Part shown: piece after piece, positions 38,234 through 45,720 of the stretch
Numbering within the stretch: position 1 is the first letter of the stretch
How the letters are laid out: each line of letters starts with the position of its first letter
Virus record (IMG/VR): IMGVR_UViG_3300025030_000006
Source: a virus
Reading direction: 5' to 3' (one strand)
Length of the DNA stretch: 64,000 nucleotides
Notes under the pieces: generated by a model
What the model saw: only the letters and a program-made list of their open reading frames with translations
What the model was told of the DNA's origin: nothing
Databases searched by the model: none
Translations under genes and position numbers: made by a program

Positions 38234-38508
38234 ACAATAACCCTTTCTTTATCATATTTCTCTACAATCCTGAATGGGGTATCAAAAGCCTTGTTTTCCT
38301 CTTCCATTGAATTGAAATAGTAATCATGAATAGCCAAGAGAGCAATCAAGGCAATACGGATAATTTTAATAGTGCTGGTCACTTCTCCGGTATGGTAATT
38401 CAGATAGGCTTTCAAACCAAATATGCTTATTTTATGAGTAACCACAATAGCAGTCTTGGCTACCTTTAAAACTTTCCTTTTAATTTCTTTTCTTCCTTGT
38501 TTATTCAT
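38230..38508 (-). CDS. membrane protein (holin or i-spanin candidate)
   Basis: 92 aa with hydrophobic segments (AIVVTHKISIFGL, IIRIALIALLAI). Overlaps both neighbours. Confidence 0.5.
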   Translation of the reverse strand: MNKQGRKEIKRKVLKVAKTAIVVTHKISIFGLKAYLNYHTGEVTSTIKIIRIALIALLAIHDYYFNSMEEENKAFDTPFRIVEKYDKERVIV

Positions 38509-39166
38509 TATTTAATTCCTTTTCATCAATGTATGTTCTATCATCTTTTCTTATTTGCCACCATGCAGCTGCACCATATTTTCTAAACCAGTCTCTTCCC
38601 TTTACCCAAAATTTACCTTTAGCAGAACAAACAACGTGGATAAACTCTTCTTGTGAAGCACAAATGAAATTATTATTTTCATCATATTGGTTTACCCATA
38701 CTTTTTTAATTCCATCCACGATAACAATATGGTCTGTTCCTTTAAACATAAGTTTCTCATCATAAGGACCAGTACCACTCATTGATATACTTGTTAAAAT
38801 AACCCAACCACTTCTCAATAAACCTTCTATTCTATCAGTATATTCCCTTGCAGGTTCAAAATGATAAAAATTAGGATTGAATCTGCTTGTATAAAAATTA
38901 GGAAGAACACAATCAGTATAAATATCAACGGTTCTATCATTTTGGTGATTGCACAAAGCATAAAAAGCAAAATGGTAAAAATCCCATGAATTACATAAAT
39001 GTCCTTGCTTATCTTTAAATGCCTCAAAGACCTCATCAAAGGTTACTTTGTTTTCTGGAAATAAATAATTGATTGCAGCAGTAGTGGCACAAGCAAAACA
39101 ATCCCCACCGGGATTTTTCTTTGGGTAGGGTTGTAAATGTGGTTCAATGTTTAGACAGAATTCCAT
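38501..39166 (-). CDS. papain-fold cysteine peptidase candidate (C39-like), possible endolysin
   Basis: ATG 39166 follows GAGGAACAATAAA. The ORF-track start at 39181 is GTG. Candidate catalytic Cys in GGDCFACATTAAINYL and His in GTDHIVIVDG. Confidence 0.45.
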   Translation of the reverse strand: MEFCLNIEPHLQPYPKKNPGGDCFACATTAAINYLFPENKVTFDEVFEAFKDKQGHLCNSWDFYHFAFYALCNHQNDRTVDIYTDCVLPNFYTSRFNPNFYHFEPAREYTDRIEGLLRSGWVILTSISMSGTGPYDEKLMFKGTDHIVIVDGIKKVWVNQYDENNNFICASQEEFIHVVCSAKGKFWVKGRDWFRKYGAAAWWQIRKDDRTYIDEKELNNE

Positions 39167-39167
39167 T

Positions 39168-39740
39168 TTATTGTTCCTCACATATTTGGTTTTTAGAAAA
39201 AATAGTTCTTACATAAGTATCTTCAAACCATTCACGTTCTTTTTTATCAAAACATAATCCCCATTTTTCTTTTATCATTATCCAAAGAATTCTGTATTCT
39301 ACTCTATTAATCAATGGCATCCAATCAGACGGGTTTTTAGCTCCCTTTTCCCGATTACTCTTGGCTGTGACTGCAATTAAATGATTTGGGTCAGCAAGAT
39401 AATTTGCATACTCAATACGTCTTTCCTGACTCCATTTATCAGCGCCAGAAATCCATGCTTCTTTTAAAGGAATAAAATGGTCTATATCCAATTCAGAAGG
39501 ATTTGTAATAATACTTCCGGTATATCTGCAAATCCAGATTCCCCATTCTACTTTTCCATTTTTATCAAATCGAACAGGAATAATACTTTCCTCAATTAGA
39601 ACTTCCTGCCTTGTGTCCCTCCCGTTGTTATCGGTGTCAATCCAGCCATTACCAAAATGCTTTTCCCTATTATATTTCTCCGCAAAACAAATTCCAAAAC
39701 TTAATAAAGTAATAACTAAACAGGAAATTAATATTCTCAT
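39168..39740 (-). CDS. secreted HNH/DUF1524-family nuclease
   Basis: ATG 39740 follows AAGGAG. The ORF-track start at 39758 is TTG. Signal peptide MRILISCLVITLLSFGICFA. Motifs DIDHFIPLKEAW and AVTAKSNREKGAKNPSDWMP. Confidence 0.65.
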   Translation of the reverse strand: MRILISCLVITLLSFGICFAEKYNREKHFGNGWIDTDNNGRDTRQEVLIEESIIPVRFDKNGKVEWGIWICRYTGSIITNPSELDIDHFIPLKEAWISGADKWSQERRIEYANYLADPNHLIAVTAKSNREKGAKNPSDWMPLINRVEYRILWIMIKEKWGLCFDKKEREWFEDTYVRTIFSKNQICEEQ

Positions 39741-39751
39741 TATTCTTCTCC

Positions 39752-39928
39752 TTAACAATCCGTATTTTTCTCTTCCGGTAATTCATAATACATGGCAATC
39801 GAAGCACACTCTTCATCTGTATATTCTCCTTCCAAATCATCGGAGAAACAACATGGAATAAAAGGAGTTTGTAATTTAGGTTCCTGAAAAGGTTCAGAAT
39901 ACCAATAACGAGATTCACTAACACACAT
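39752..39928 (-). CDS. acidic miniprotein (58 aa)
   Basis: ATG 39928 follows TGGAGAAAATTAA. MCVSESRYWYSEPFQEP...EEKNTDC. Confidence 0.45.
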   Translation of the reverse strand: MCVSESRYWYSEPFQEPKLQTPFIPCCFSDDLEGEYTDEECASIAMYYELPEEKNTDC

Positions 39929-39951
39929 TTAATTTTCTCCAAAATAATAAA

Positions 39952-40236
39952 TCAATTATTTTCTGCATAAAAGTCATCCCATTTTTGTTTGTATTTTTGC
40001 CACGGACCCGTAGCACGTTCATTGTTTCAAGAACTGCAAGCAATTTGTAAATTCAAAAAATGCCAGTTTCCCCCCAAGGATAATGGATGAAGATGTTCAA
40101 TCGTTGCCAAATGAAAGGGTAATTTTTCTCGGCAATAGAAACATGGTGCTTTTTTTCTCGAACCATATTTTTTAAAAAGTTTCTTTTTGATTTCCTTTTT
40201 CTGACTGCTATTTCTTGCACTGGAAAACTGACTCAT
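39952..40236 (-). CDS. HNH endonuclease interrupted by in-frame TGA at 40027-40029 (Sec/readthrough candidate or pseudogene)
   Basis: AAGGAGG SD. ...CFYC...ATIEHLHPLSLGG...NLQIACSS[TGA]NNERATGPWQKYKQKWDDFYAENN, stop at 39952-39954. Same frame before and after the TGA. Confidence 0.6.
39999..40014 (-). promoter_or_regulatory. SECIS-like minihelix candidate
   Basis: mRNA GCUACG-GGUC-CGUGGC begins 12 nt after the UGA, placing the GGUC loop at nt 22-25 counted from the U of UGA. Confidence 0.35.
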
Positions 40237-40269
40237 AAGGATATGTCCTCCTTATAATAAAATTAATTT

Positions 40270-40530
40270 CTAGATATAATGTTCTTCTTCGATTAATAAT
40301 CCGTTTTCGTTAAAATAAAACCTTTCCATTTTATAATCAGGATTACAAGAACAGGACGGGCAGTTTTCAATTAACAAAGCAGCATCATCCGGGTCTATAC
40401 CATAAATCCTTACCATATTACTTTTATGCACGTTGCATTTATTACAAAATAAATGTATCCGACCTTCCTGTAATTCTTCAAATAATTCCATTCCCATTCT
40501 GAAACAACCATCCCATACAAAATCATTCAT
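40270..40530 (-). CDS. Cys-rich hypothetical protein
   Basis: 86 aa with CNKC and CPSCSC pairs. AAGGAGG SD. Confidence 0.6.
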   Translation of the reverse strand: MNDFVWDGCFRMGMELFEELQEGRIHLFCNKCNVHKSNMVRIYGIDPDDAALLIENCPSCSCNPDYKMERFYFNENGLLIEEEHYI

Positions 40531-41297
40531 TTTTGATTACCTCCTTTTCCTTACAATAATTACAGATACCAGATTCAATCCCCATACAAATAAATAATTT
40601 ATTACATTTTAAAATAACAGAACAATACATACATTTTATTTCCTTATCCATAACAATAAACGAGTGATTGCATACTAAATTCAATTAATCACCTCCTTTT
40701 ATTAATTTTACTTTAATCCATTATCTCTCTCTTTATTTTTCAGGTCAAATATAAAATAATATTTGAATTAAAATAATAACCAAATTTTTTATAAAATTTT
40801 AAATAGAGATTTATTTTTATAGAATATGGAAAACAAAAGAAAGTATATGACAAAAACCAGAAGACTACAGAGGATAGACTAGGGAAGGAATCTTTGATTA
40901 TAAAAAATTTTGAATAAACTAAAAAATAAAAATACTAAAAAATCTACGGGCTGCCTATATCTATATAAACATACCTTGAATAAAGCAGTTTATTATTTTT
41001 ATCAGAATTTTGTTACGCTACCTCTTAGCCTCGGGATTTTAAAAAATTCTATACGGTGGGATTATTGGTATGAATTATTTATTTCATTTAATTCAATTGT
41101 TTTTGGCATGATATTTAATTCAATTAAATAATAATATCAGAAAATGAATTATATTCTATTTGTTCCAAATTTGCCCTACAATCCATTTAATGTTGAAACC
41201 ATTATCAGGATATTAGTTTTTAGATAAGGAATGGCAGAGGACCGAATAGAGCCATTAAACCCTGAATCAATCCCCTGCCATTATCACCGATAAACAA

Positions 41298-41480
41298 TTA
41301 ACCATTGATTACCTTTCCAAGCCATCCAAGGGAAAACACAGAGGGGAAGGATACAATACGTTTCCCTGTTACCTTACCGACAATGGATTGTTTATAATCA
41401 TTCTGATTTAATCGGCTATTGATATTCCGTTTATCCTTTGCTTCTTTCCTCATATAGTTCTGACATCCTGTATTTTTCAT
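41298..41480 (-). CDS. hypothetical miniprotein
   Basis: 60 aa. AAAGGAG SD upstream. Confidence 0.55.
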   Translation of the reverse strand: MKNTGCQNYMRKEAKDKRNINSRLNQNDYKQSIVGKVTGKRIVSFPSVFSLGWLGKVING

Positions 41481-41509
41481 ATCTAATAACTCCTTTCTTT
41501 ATTGTTTGT

Positions 41510-41665
41510 TTAATGTTTTGTTCTGTCCAGCAACACAGGTTGCCAGTTAGATAAAAAGATATGTAGTGCTAATGCCTCTTGCTCCTTTTCCTTTGCTGTC
41601 TCAATTTTCCATGTCCAGTAATCTCTTGAGCTGGTGAACGTTTTTCCATCGATAGTAACTGGCAT
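41510..41665 (-). CDS. hypothetical miniprotein (51 aa)
   Basis: MPVTIDGKTF... with AAAGGAG SD. Below the ORF-track cutoff. Confidence 0.5.
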   Translation of the reverse strand: MPVTIDGKTFTSSRDYWTWKIETAKEKEQEALALHIFLSNWQPVLLDRTKH

Positions 41666-41808
41666 GGTAATAACTCCTTTCTTTTATTATTTATTGGTCT
41701 AATTACCAATAAATTCATTTTTAAATACTTAAACATATTCTTTATACAGGGCTTCCAAATTTGCCTTGTATTAAACGATAAGCCTTAGACCTATGGTAAA
41801 CCCTACCT

Positions 41809-41844
41809 TAGAATCCCTTTGTTTTAAATGGTAAAGGGATTCTA
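41809..41844. repeat. palindromic element TAGAATCCC..GGGATTCTA, copy 1
   Basis: TAGAATCCCTTT-N12-AAAGGGATTCTA, just 3' of the minus gene ending at 41852. Confidence 0.6.
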
Positions 41845-41851
41845 TAAACAT

Positions 41852-41998
41852 TTAATTGATGTTTATTTCGATTTTGGTCAACAGTAAATGGCGCATACCA
41901 CGGATAAATCCACGGTATTTAAAATGACACAACCAATCCTGCAAGGTGTAATTATACAGACCACACCCGCAAAGAAATTTTATTTTTATTTTTTTCAT
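41852..41998 (-). CDS. hypothetical miniprotein (48 aa)
   Basis: MKKIKIKFLCGCGLYN... with AAAGGAG SD. Confidence 0.45.
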   Translation of the reverse strand: MKKIKIKFLCGCGLYNYTLQDWLCHFKYRGFIRGMRHLLLTKIEININ

Positions 41999-42026
41999 AT
42001 AAATAAACTCCTTTTTGGTTATTGGT

Positions 42027-42101
42027 TTAAAACGAAAGAATAAAACCTATGCACAGAATAAACAGGATGCACAGAAACAAAGAATAAAAGAATTGAATCA
42101 T
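42027..42101 (-). CDS. possible 24-aa hydrophobic peptide
   Basis: MIQFFYSLFLCILFILCIGFILSF with AAAGGAG SD. Very short. Confidence 0.3.
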   Translation of the reverse strand: MIQFFYSLFLCILFILCIGFILSF

Positions 42102-42197
42102 TTTATAAACTCCTTTTTCTTGAATTATTGAATTTAGTATAAAGAGAAAGTGTAAGGGGGAAGACAGTAAACAGTATCTTACATTATGTTTTATTTT

Positions 42198-42527
42198 TTA
42201 AACTCCTTTCCGTTGTTTGATTTTTTCTTTCATGATTTCCAATTTGCTTTTGGGTTTATCCCGTATCTCATCCTCTGGACTCAATTCTATAATATCTTCC
42301 ATTTGTTTCTTTTCTTTTACAGGTTTAATAACCTGAATTCCCTCAATACAATATTCTTGTATTTCATTGTGATTGATTAAACCTTTATCTGCCAATAACT
42401 GCAAAAGTCCAAAAAGCCTATATTCATTTTTTTCAAACCTATTCAATTCCTGTTTTGTTTCCGGTGTTAATTGTTTCTTTTCCTTTTGCTCCTGTAATTG
42501 TTTTCGTTTCAATTCAAGTTTGTTCAT
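42198..42527 (-). CDS. hypothetical protein, K/E-rich
   Basis: 109-aa ORF with AGGAGA SD. Confidence 0.6.
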   Translation of the reverse strand: MNKLELKRKQLQEQKEKKQLTPETKQELNRFEKNEYRLFGLLQLLADKGLINHNEIQEYCIEGIQVIKPVKEKKQMEDIIELSPEDEIRDKPKSKLEIMKEKIKQRKGV

Positions 42528-42570
42528 TTTGTTATTTCTCCTTTCTGTGGTGTTGCGTTAATGAATTTAA

Positions 42571-42614
42571 TAGAATCCCCTATCAGTCAATTAATAAATC
42601 AATAAGGGATTCTA
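42571..42614. repeat. palindromic element TAGAATCCC..GGGATTCTA, copy 2
   Basis: TAGAATCCC-N26-GGGATTCTA, just 3' of the minus gene ending at 42630. Flanks (..ctataaa) are shared with copy 1. Confidence 0.6.
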
Positions 42615-42629
42615 TAAATCAATTAACGG

Positions 42630-43598
42630 TTAAAACTTTGCTTTGCAGAATTCAATAAATTCGGAATAAGCATTATCATCTACGTCCTCGTTTTCTTCAA
42701 GGATGATATCCAAAATTTCATTTTCCTCGGCATCACCGAAGCAATCATAACCATCAACCATTTCCAAAATATCTTTAATCGTGCTTTTTTCAATTCCCAG
42801 ATTTTTAGCAAAGGTTGAAACACTGAAAACAGGAGAATTCCCTTTTCCCTTTTCTCCCTTTGCCGTTTCTGTTTTCCCTTTGGTATCAATATAGGTTTGC
42901 CAAAGTGCAGAAACAAATTGCTTTTTGCTTTTTCTTGCACAGATAAACCCTTTACCATTATCTTGATTTTTCTTTTCCACTGCTTTCAGTGTTGTTTCCA
43001 TTGTTTCAATCGTGGAAAAATCACAGCCTTTAAAAGCAAGATTGAAATTTTCTTCGGTGACATTCCCGGAAAAATACTTTTGAAATTGTTTGAAAGCATT
43101 ACCCGGAAGATTGTTATTTGTTGTTTCCTCTTCTTTCTTTTGTTCAGTAGGTTTTACTGATTCAACCTGTTTTGTTTTCACGTTCAAATCAACAAGATTT
43201 TTCAAGAGAGTGATAATTTGATCGTTATTGTTATTGAACGTAATACTGTGCAGTTTTTCCAATTTTGCGTTGTTTTCTGTCAATTGCGCCTCAATGACCA
43301 TTAACCGGGAAATAATAGCATCAAGAGATTGTTTGACTTCCTTGACAGCTGCAAATCCTTCAAGAGATAATGCCGGTTTGGTTTGGATATTGATTGATTG
43401 TTTCTTTTCCTGTGCGAGTTTTTTAGCCGCTGCAAGTTTACTCATGGTTTTAAACTCCTCTGTTAATGGTTTAAAAACATCGAAAAAATGCGTTTTTCCA
43501 TTGTGGCTGTAAAACTGTCTCACCTGATAATGGTTAACTCTCAATTCCCTTTCTAATTTCCCGTTTGTTTTAATGCTTTTTTCTAAAAGATAGTTCAT
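42630..43598 (-). CDS. hypothetical protein (322 aa)
   Basis: AAAGGAGA SD. Coiled-coil-like middle. No motif recognised. Confidence 0.65.
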   Translation of the reverse strand: MNYLLEKSIKTNGKLERELRVNHYQVRQFYSHNGKTHFFDVFKPLTEEFKTMSKLAAAKKLAQEKKQSINIQTKPALSLEGFAAVKEVKQSLDAIISRLMVIEAQLTENNAKLEKLHSITFNNNNDQIITLLKNLVDLNVKTKQVESVKPTEQKKEEETTNNNLPGNAFKQFQKYFSGNVTEENFNLAFKGCDFSTIETMETTLKAVEKKNQDNGKGFICARKSKKQFVSALWQTYIDTKGKTETAKGEKGKGNSPVFSVSTFAKNLGIEKSTIKDILEMVDGYDCFGDAEENEILDIILEENEDVDDNAYSEFIEFCKAKF

Positions 43599-43621
43599 TC
43601 TCCTTTCCTTTTGTTAGCGGT

Positions 43622-43729
43622 TTAAGGCAATTGAATTGCTTTTGCAACCTGATTAAATACTGGGATGACATAGCAAAACATAATCAAAAGAAAAAAGCAT
43701 AGGGGAAGAAGCATCAAAATTGCTTTCAT
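43622..43729 (-). CDS. possible 35-aa membrane peptide
   Basis: MKAILMLLPLCFFLLIMFCYVIPVF... with GGAGC SD-like sequence. Confidence 0.35.
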   Translation of the reverse strand: MKAILMLLPLCFFLLIMFCYVIPVFNQVAKAIQLP

Positions 43730-43816
43730 GGTAAAAGCTCCTTTCAACTAATAGCAAAGTTAATTCCCTGCTATTTTTCAAGGGATAGAATGTTAGATGT
43801 TTATTCAATTAGATGT

Positions 43817-43984
43817 TTATTCAATGATTTTTCCAGCTAAGGACCAAAAAAGCAATTTTTCCGCGTTTATTGCTGATTCTATATCGTTAAACCTTTCTTC
43901 AGTCCGTAATGTGCGTTCACCTTTTTTATTCAATTTGTAAATTGTTATCCAATTTCTTTCATCTCTTATAATTTTGTATTTCAT
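43817..43984 (-). CDS. hypothetical miniprotein (55 aa)
   Basis: MKYKIIRDERNW... with GAAAGGA SD. First gene of the leftward block. Confidence 0.5.
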   Translation of the reverse strand: MKYKIIRDERNWITIYKLNKKGERTLRTEERFNDIESAINAEKLLFWSLAGKIIE

Positions 43985-44450
43985 TTTGTTTCATCCTTTC
44001 TTTTCTATCCCTTGAAAAATAACAGGCAAAAGATACCTGTTATTTAAATCGGTATTTTGGGGGATTGTTCCTAGTTGTTTCTAGGGCCACCGTTACCGTT
44101 ATTCAGTTTTTAAAGAGCAAAAATGGTACGCCTAAATATATATCAAGAATTGCAAGGAATGCAATACCCAAAAACGCATTTTTTCATATTTTTTTTCCTT
44201 CCCCCTGTTTTCGTGGTTTTATCCTATTTTGTGTCCTATTTATTTTCCTGATACCTCTGCACACCATTAAAAAATAAGTTTTTCTGTAGTTATCAGGATA
44301 TACATTTTTTCGTTATGTTTTAAATAACCCTAATAGTCGAAATCATAACGTTATAAACTATTAAATTCATTATGTTTTTTATTTTCTATTGGATAAATTA
44401 GCTTTTAATCGTGCCGGGAAAACCCAATGTTTTCAATAGTTTAAAACCTC

Positions 44451-44480
44451 TTGACACTACTTTATATTTTCTGTTAGTAT
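44451..44480 (+). promoter_or_regulatory. sigma70-like promoter with conserved upstream box
   Basis: TTGACA, 18 nt, TAGTAT. Preceded by TTCAATAGTTTAAAACCTC, which recurs at 53002-53020. Confidence 0.55.
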
Positions 44481-44525
44481 TTTGAGGTGTTTTAAAAGCA
44501 TAATTTTCAGAAAGGAGTGCAAAAA

Positions 44526-44729
44526 ATGCTATTAGATAGTTTATTGTTTATTTGTTTTCTGTTGTTCATTCTGATTCATTCAACGCACCTTGCCTTGTCT
44601 GGTTTTAAACCCGTTGACAGTTTGCCTTTATCCATTGGTTTAATTGAATTGATTATGTTTAATTCAATTGTTTTCTGCTATCCATTTGCTTTCAACCAAT
44701 CCAATTCATTCTTAGATTATTTTAATTAA
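44526..44729 (+). CDS. membrane protein (67 aa)
   Basis: ATG 44526 follows GAAAGGAG. The ORF-track start at 44517 is GTG. Confidence 0.5.
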   Translation: MLLDSLLFICFLLFILIHSTHLALSGFKPVDSLPLSIGLIELIMFNSIVFCYPFAFNQSNSFLDYFN

Positions 44730-44811
44730 TAAATTTTAATTAGAACTAATTTTCCCCTCTGCGCCGTAATTCCTGTATAGTCTATTCAATTAATTTTTAT
44801 CTTATATACAT

Positions 44812-44839
44812 ATATAATGTAACAAGGGCATCGAATCCA
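44812..44839 (+). repeat. 28-bp direct repeat, copy 1 (contains TATAAT)
   Basis: atataatgtaacaagggcatcgaatcca. Confidence 0.85.
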
Positions 44840-44888
44840 TTTTTTCAATTTTGTTTTCACTTTTAAAATCAATTCTTTTTATTATTTC

Positions 44889-44916
44889 ATATAATGTAAC
44901 AAGGTCATCGAATCCA
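44889..44916 (+). repeat. 28-bp direct repeat, copy 2
   Basis: atataatgtaacaaggtcatcgaatcca. One mismatch to copy 1; copies start 77 bp apart. Confidence 0.85.
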
Positions 44917-44954
44917 AAATTTTCATTTTATTTTCAGGTACTTACAAAAATTTC

Positions 44955-44984
44955 TTGACAGTATTCAAATTGATGATGTAGTTT
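44955..44984 (+). promoter_or_regulatory. sigma70-like promoter
   Basis: TTGACA, 18 nt, TAGTTT, upstream of the 45051 gene. Confidence 0.45.
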
Positions 44985-45050
44985 GGCGGAAAATTGGTTT
45001 CAATAGCTTCAATAGCAAGTAAACAATTAACATGTGAAAGGAGAAACAAA

Positions 45051-45365
45051 ATGACACGTAAAGAGTATATAGCTAATTCAAGCGAATTGCACAGACAATA
45101 CAATGCACAGTTTGTTAATAACAGTATAAAGGTGGCTGTAAAGAATTATTTTGGAATTGATGCACTATTGAATAGTAATGATAAACATTTAAATGACATT
45201 CCATTAGAACAATGGGATTCTGTCGGCACAAGGTTTAAAAGTCATTTGAATAAAGAAATGAAGAAACAAGGTGATTTTGTTAGTATGGCTGGAATTGTTT
45301 GCGTAATGAAAGAAGCCGCAAAACAATTGATTGAAGAAAATAGAAAGGGGATGCAAAATGATTAA
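45051..45365 (+). CDS. hypothetical protein
   Basis: ATG 45051 follows GAAAGGAGAAACAAA. Confidence 0.6.
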   Translation: MTRKEYIANSSELHRQYNAQFVNNSIKVAVKNYFGIDALLNSNDKHLNDIPLEQWDSVGTRFKSHLNKEMKKQGDFVSMAGIVCVMKEAAKQLIEENRKGMQND

Positions 45366-45519
45366 ACATAAAACAATTGGATTGACCAGACCATGCAATG
45401 CGCATGATTTGATTTTAACGTCAAATGGATTGCAGTGTGCTAATTGTTTGACAATGGATAATAATAAGTATATTAAATATGATTTGAATAGAGAAAAAGA
45501 TAATAGAAAGGAGAATTAA
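45358..45519 (+). CDS. hypothetical miniprotein
   Basis: ATG 45358 overlaps the upstream gene end. A CxxC is present. Confidence 0.45.
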   Translation: MIKHKTIGLTRPCNAHDLILTSNGLQCANCLTMDNNKYIKYDLNREKDNRKEN

Positions 45520-45702
45520 ATGGAAAAGGTTATTCCATTTAAATCAAGAAAGGATATAGGGGAAAGTATAGCAAAGGATTATTTTGATGAAATGGATAAA
45601 TGGTACAATTCCTTGATTGAATATCTTGGAAAGCTGGAACAAGAATTCTTTATTAGTGAAAGGCGAAGGGGATTTAAAGTATTTAAACAATTAACCAAAT
45701 GA
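45520..45702 (+). CDS. hypothetical miniprotein
   Basis: 60 aa with AAAGGAGAATTAA SD. Confidence 0.6.
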   Translation: MEKVIPFKSRKDIGESIAKDYFDEMDKWYNSLIEYLGKLEQEFFISERRRGFKVFKQLTK

Positions 45703-45720
45703 AAGGAGATTTTAAAATGA
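45676..45720 (+). repeat. ~45-bp direct repeat, left copy, flanking the Cys-triplet gene
   Basis: aaagtatttaaacaattaaccaaatgaaaggagattttaaaatga. Confidence 0.9.

Noticed and set aside
39952-40236. Genome-wide reassignment of TGA (code 4 or 25 style) as the explanation for the in-frame TGA in the HNH gene
   Set aside because: TGA clearly terminates many genes here, often in ATGA start/stop overlaps followed by SD-led ORFs (for example 32476-32478, 35553-35555, 36605-36607, 52426-52428). The TGA in the HNH gene aligns with Cys, not Trp or Gly.
40700-41297. About 600-bp AT-rich non-coding stretch (with TTG-start ORF 40910..41131) as a possible ncRNA or origin
   Set aside because: The ORF has no SD or ATG and is judged spurious. 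I could not identify convincing iterons, DnaA boxes or a conserved RNA fold by eye, so no call is made.
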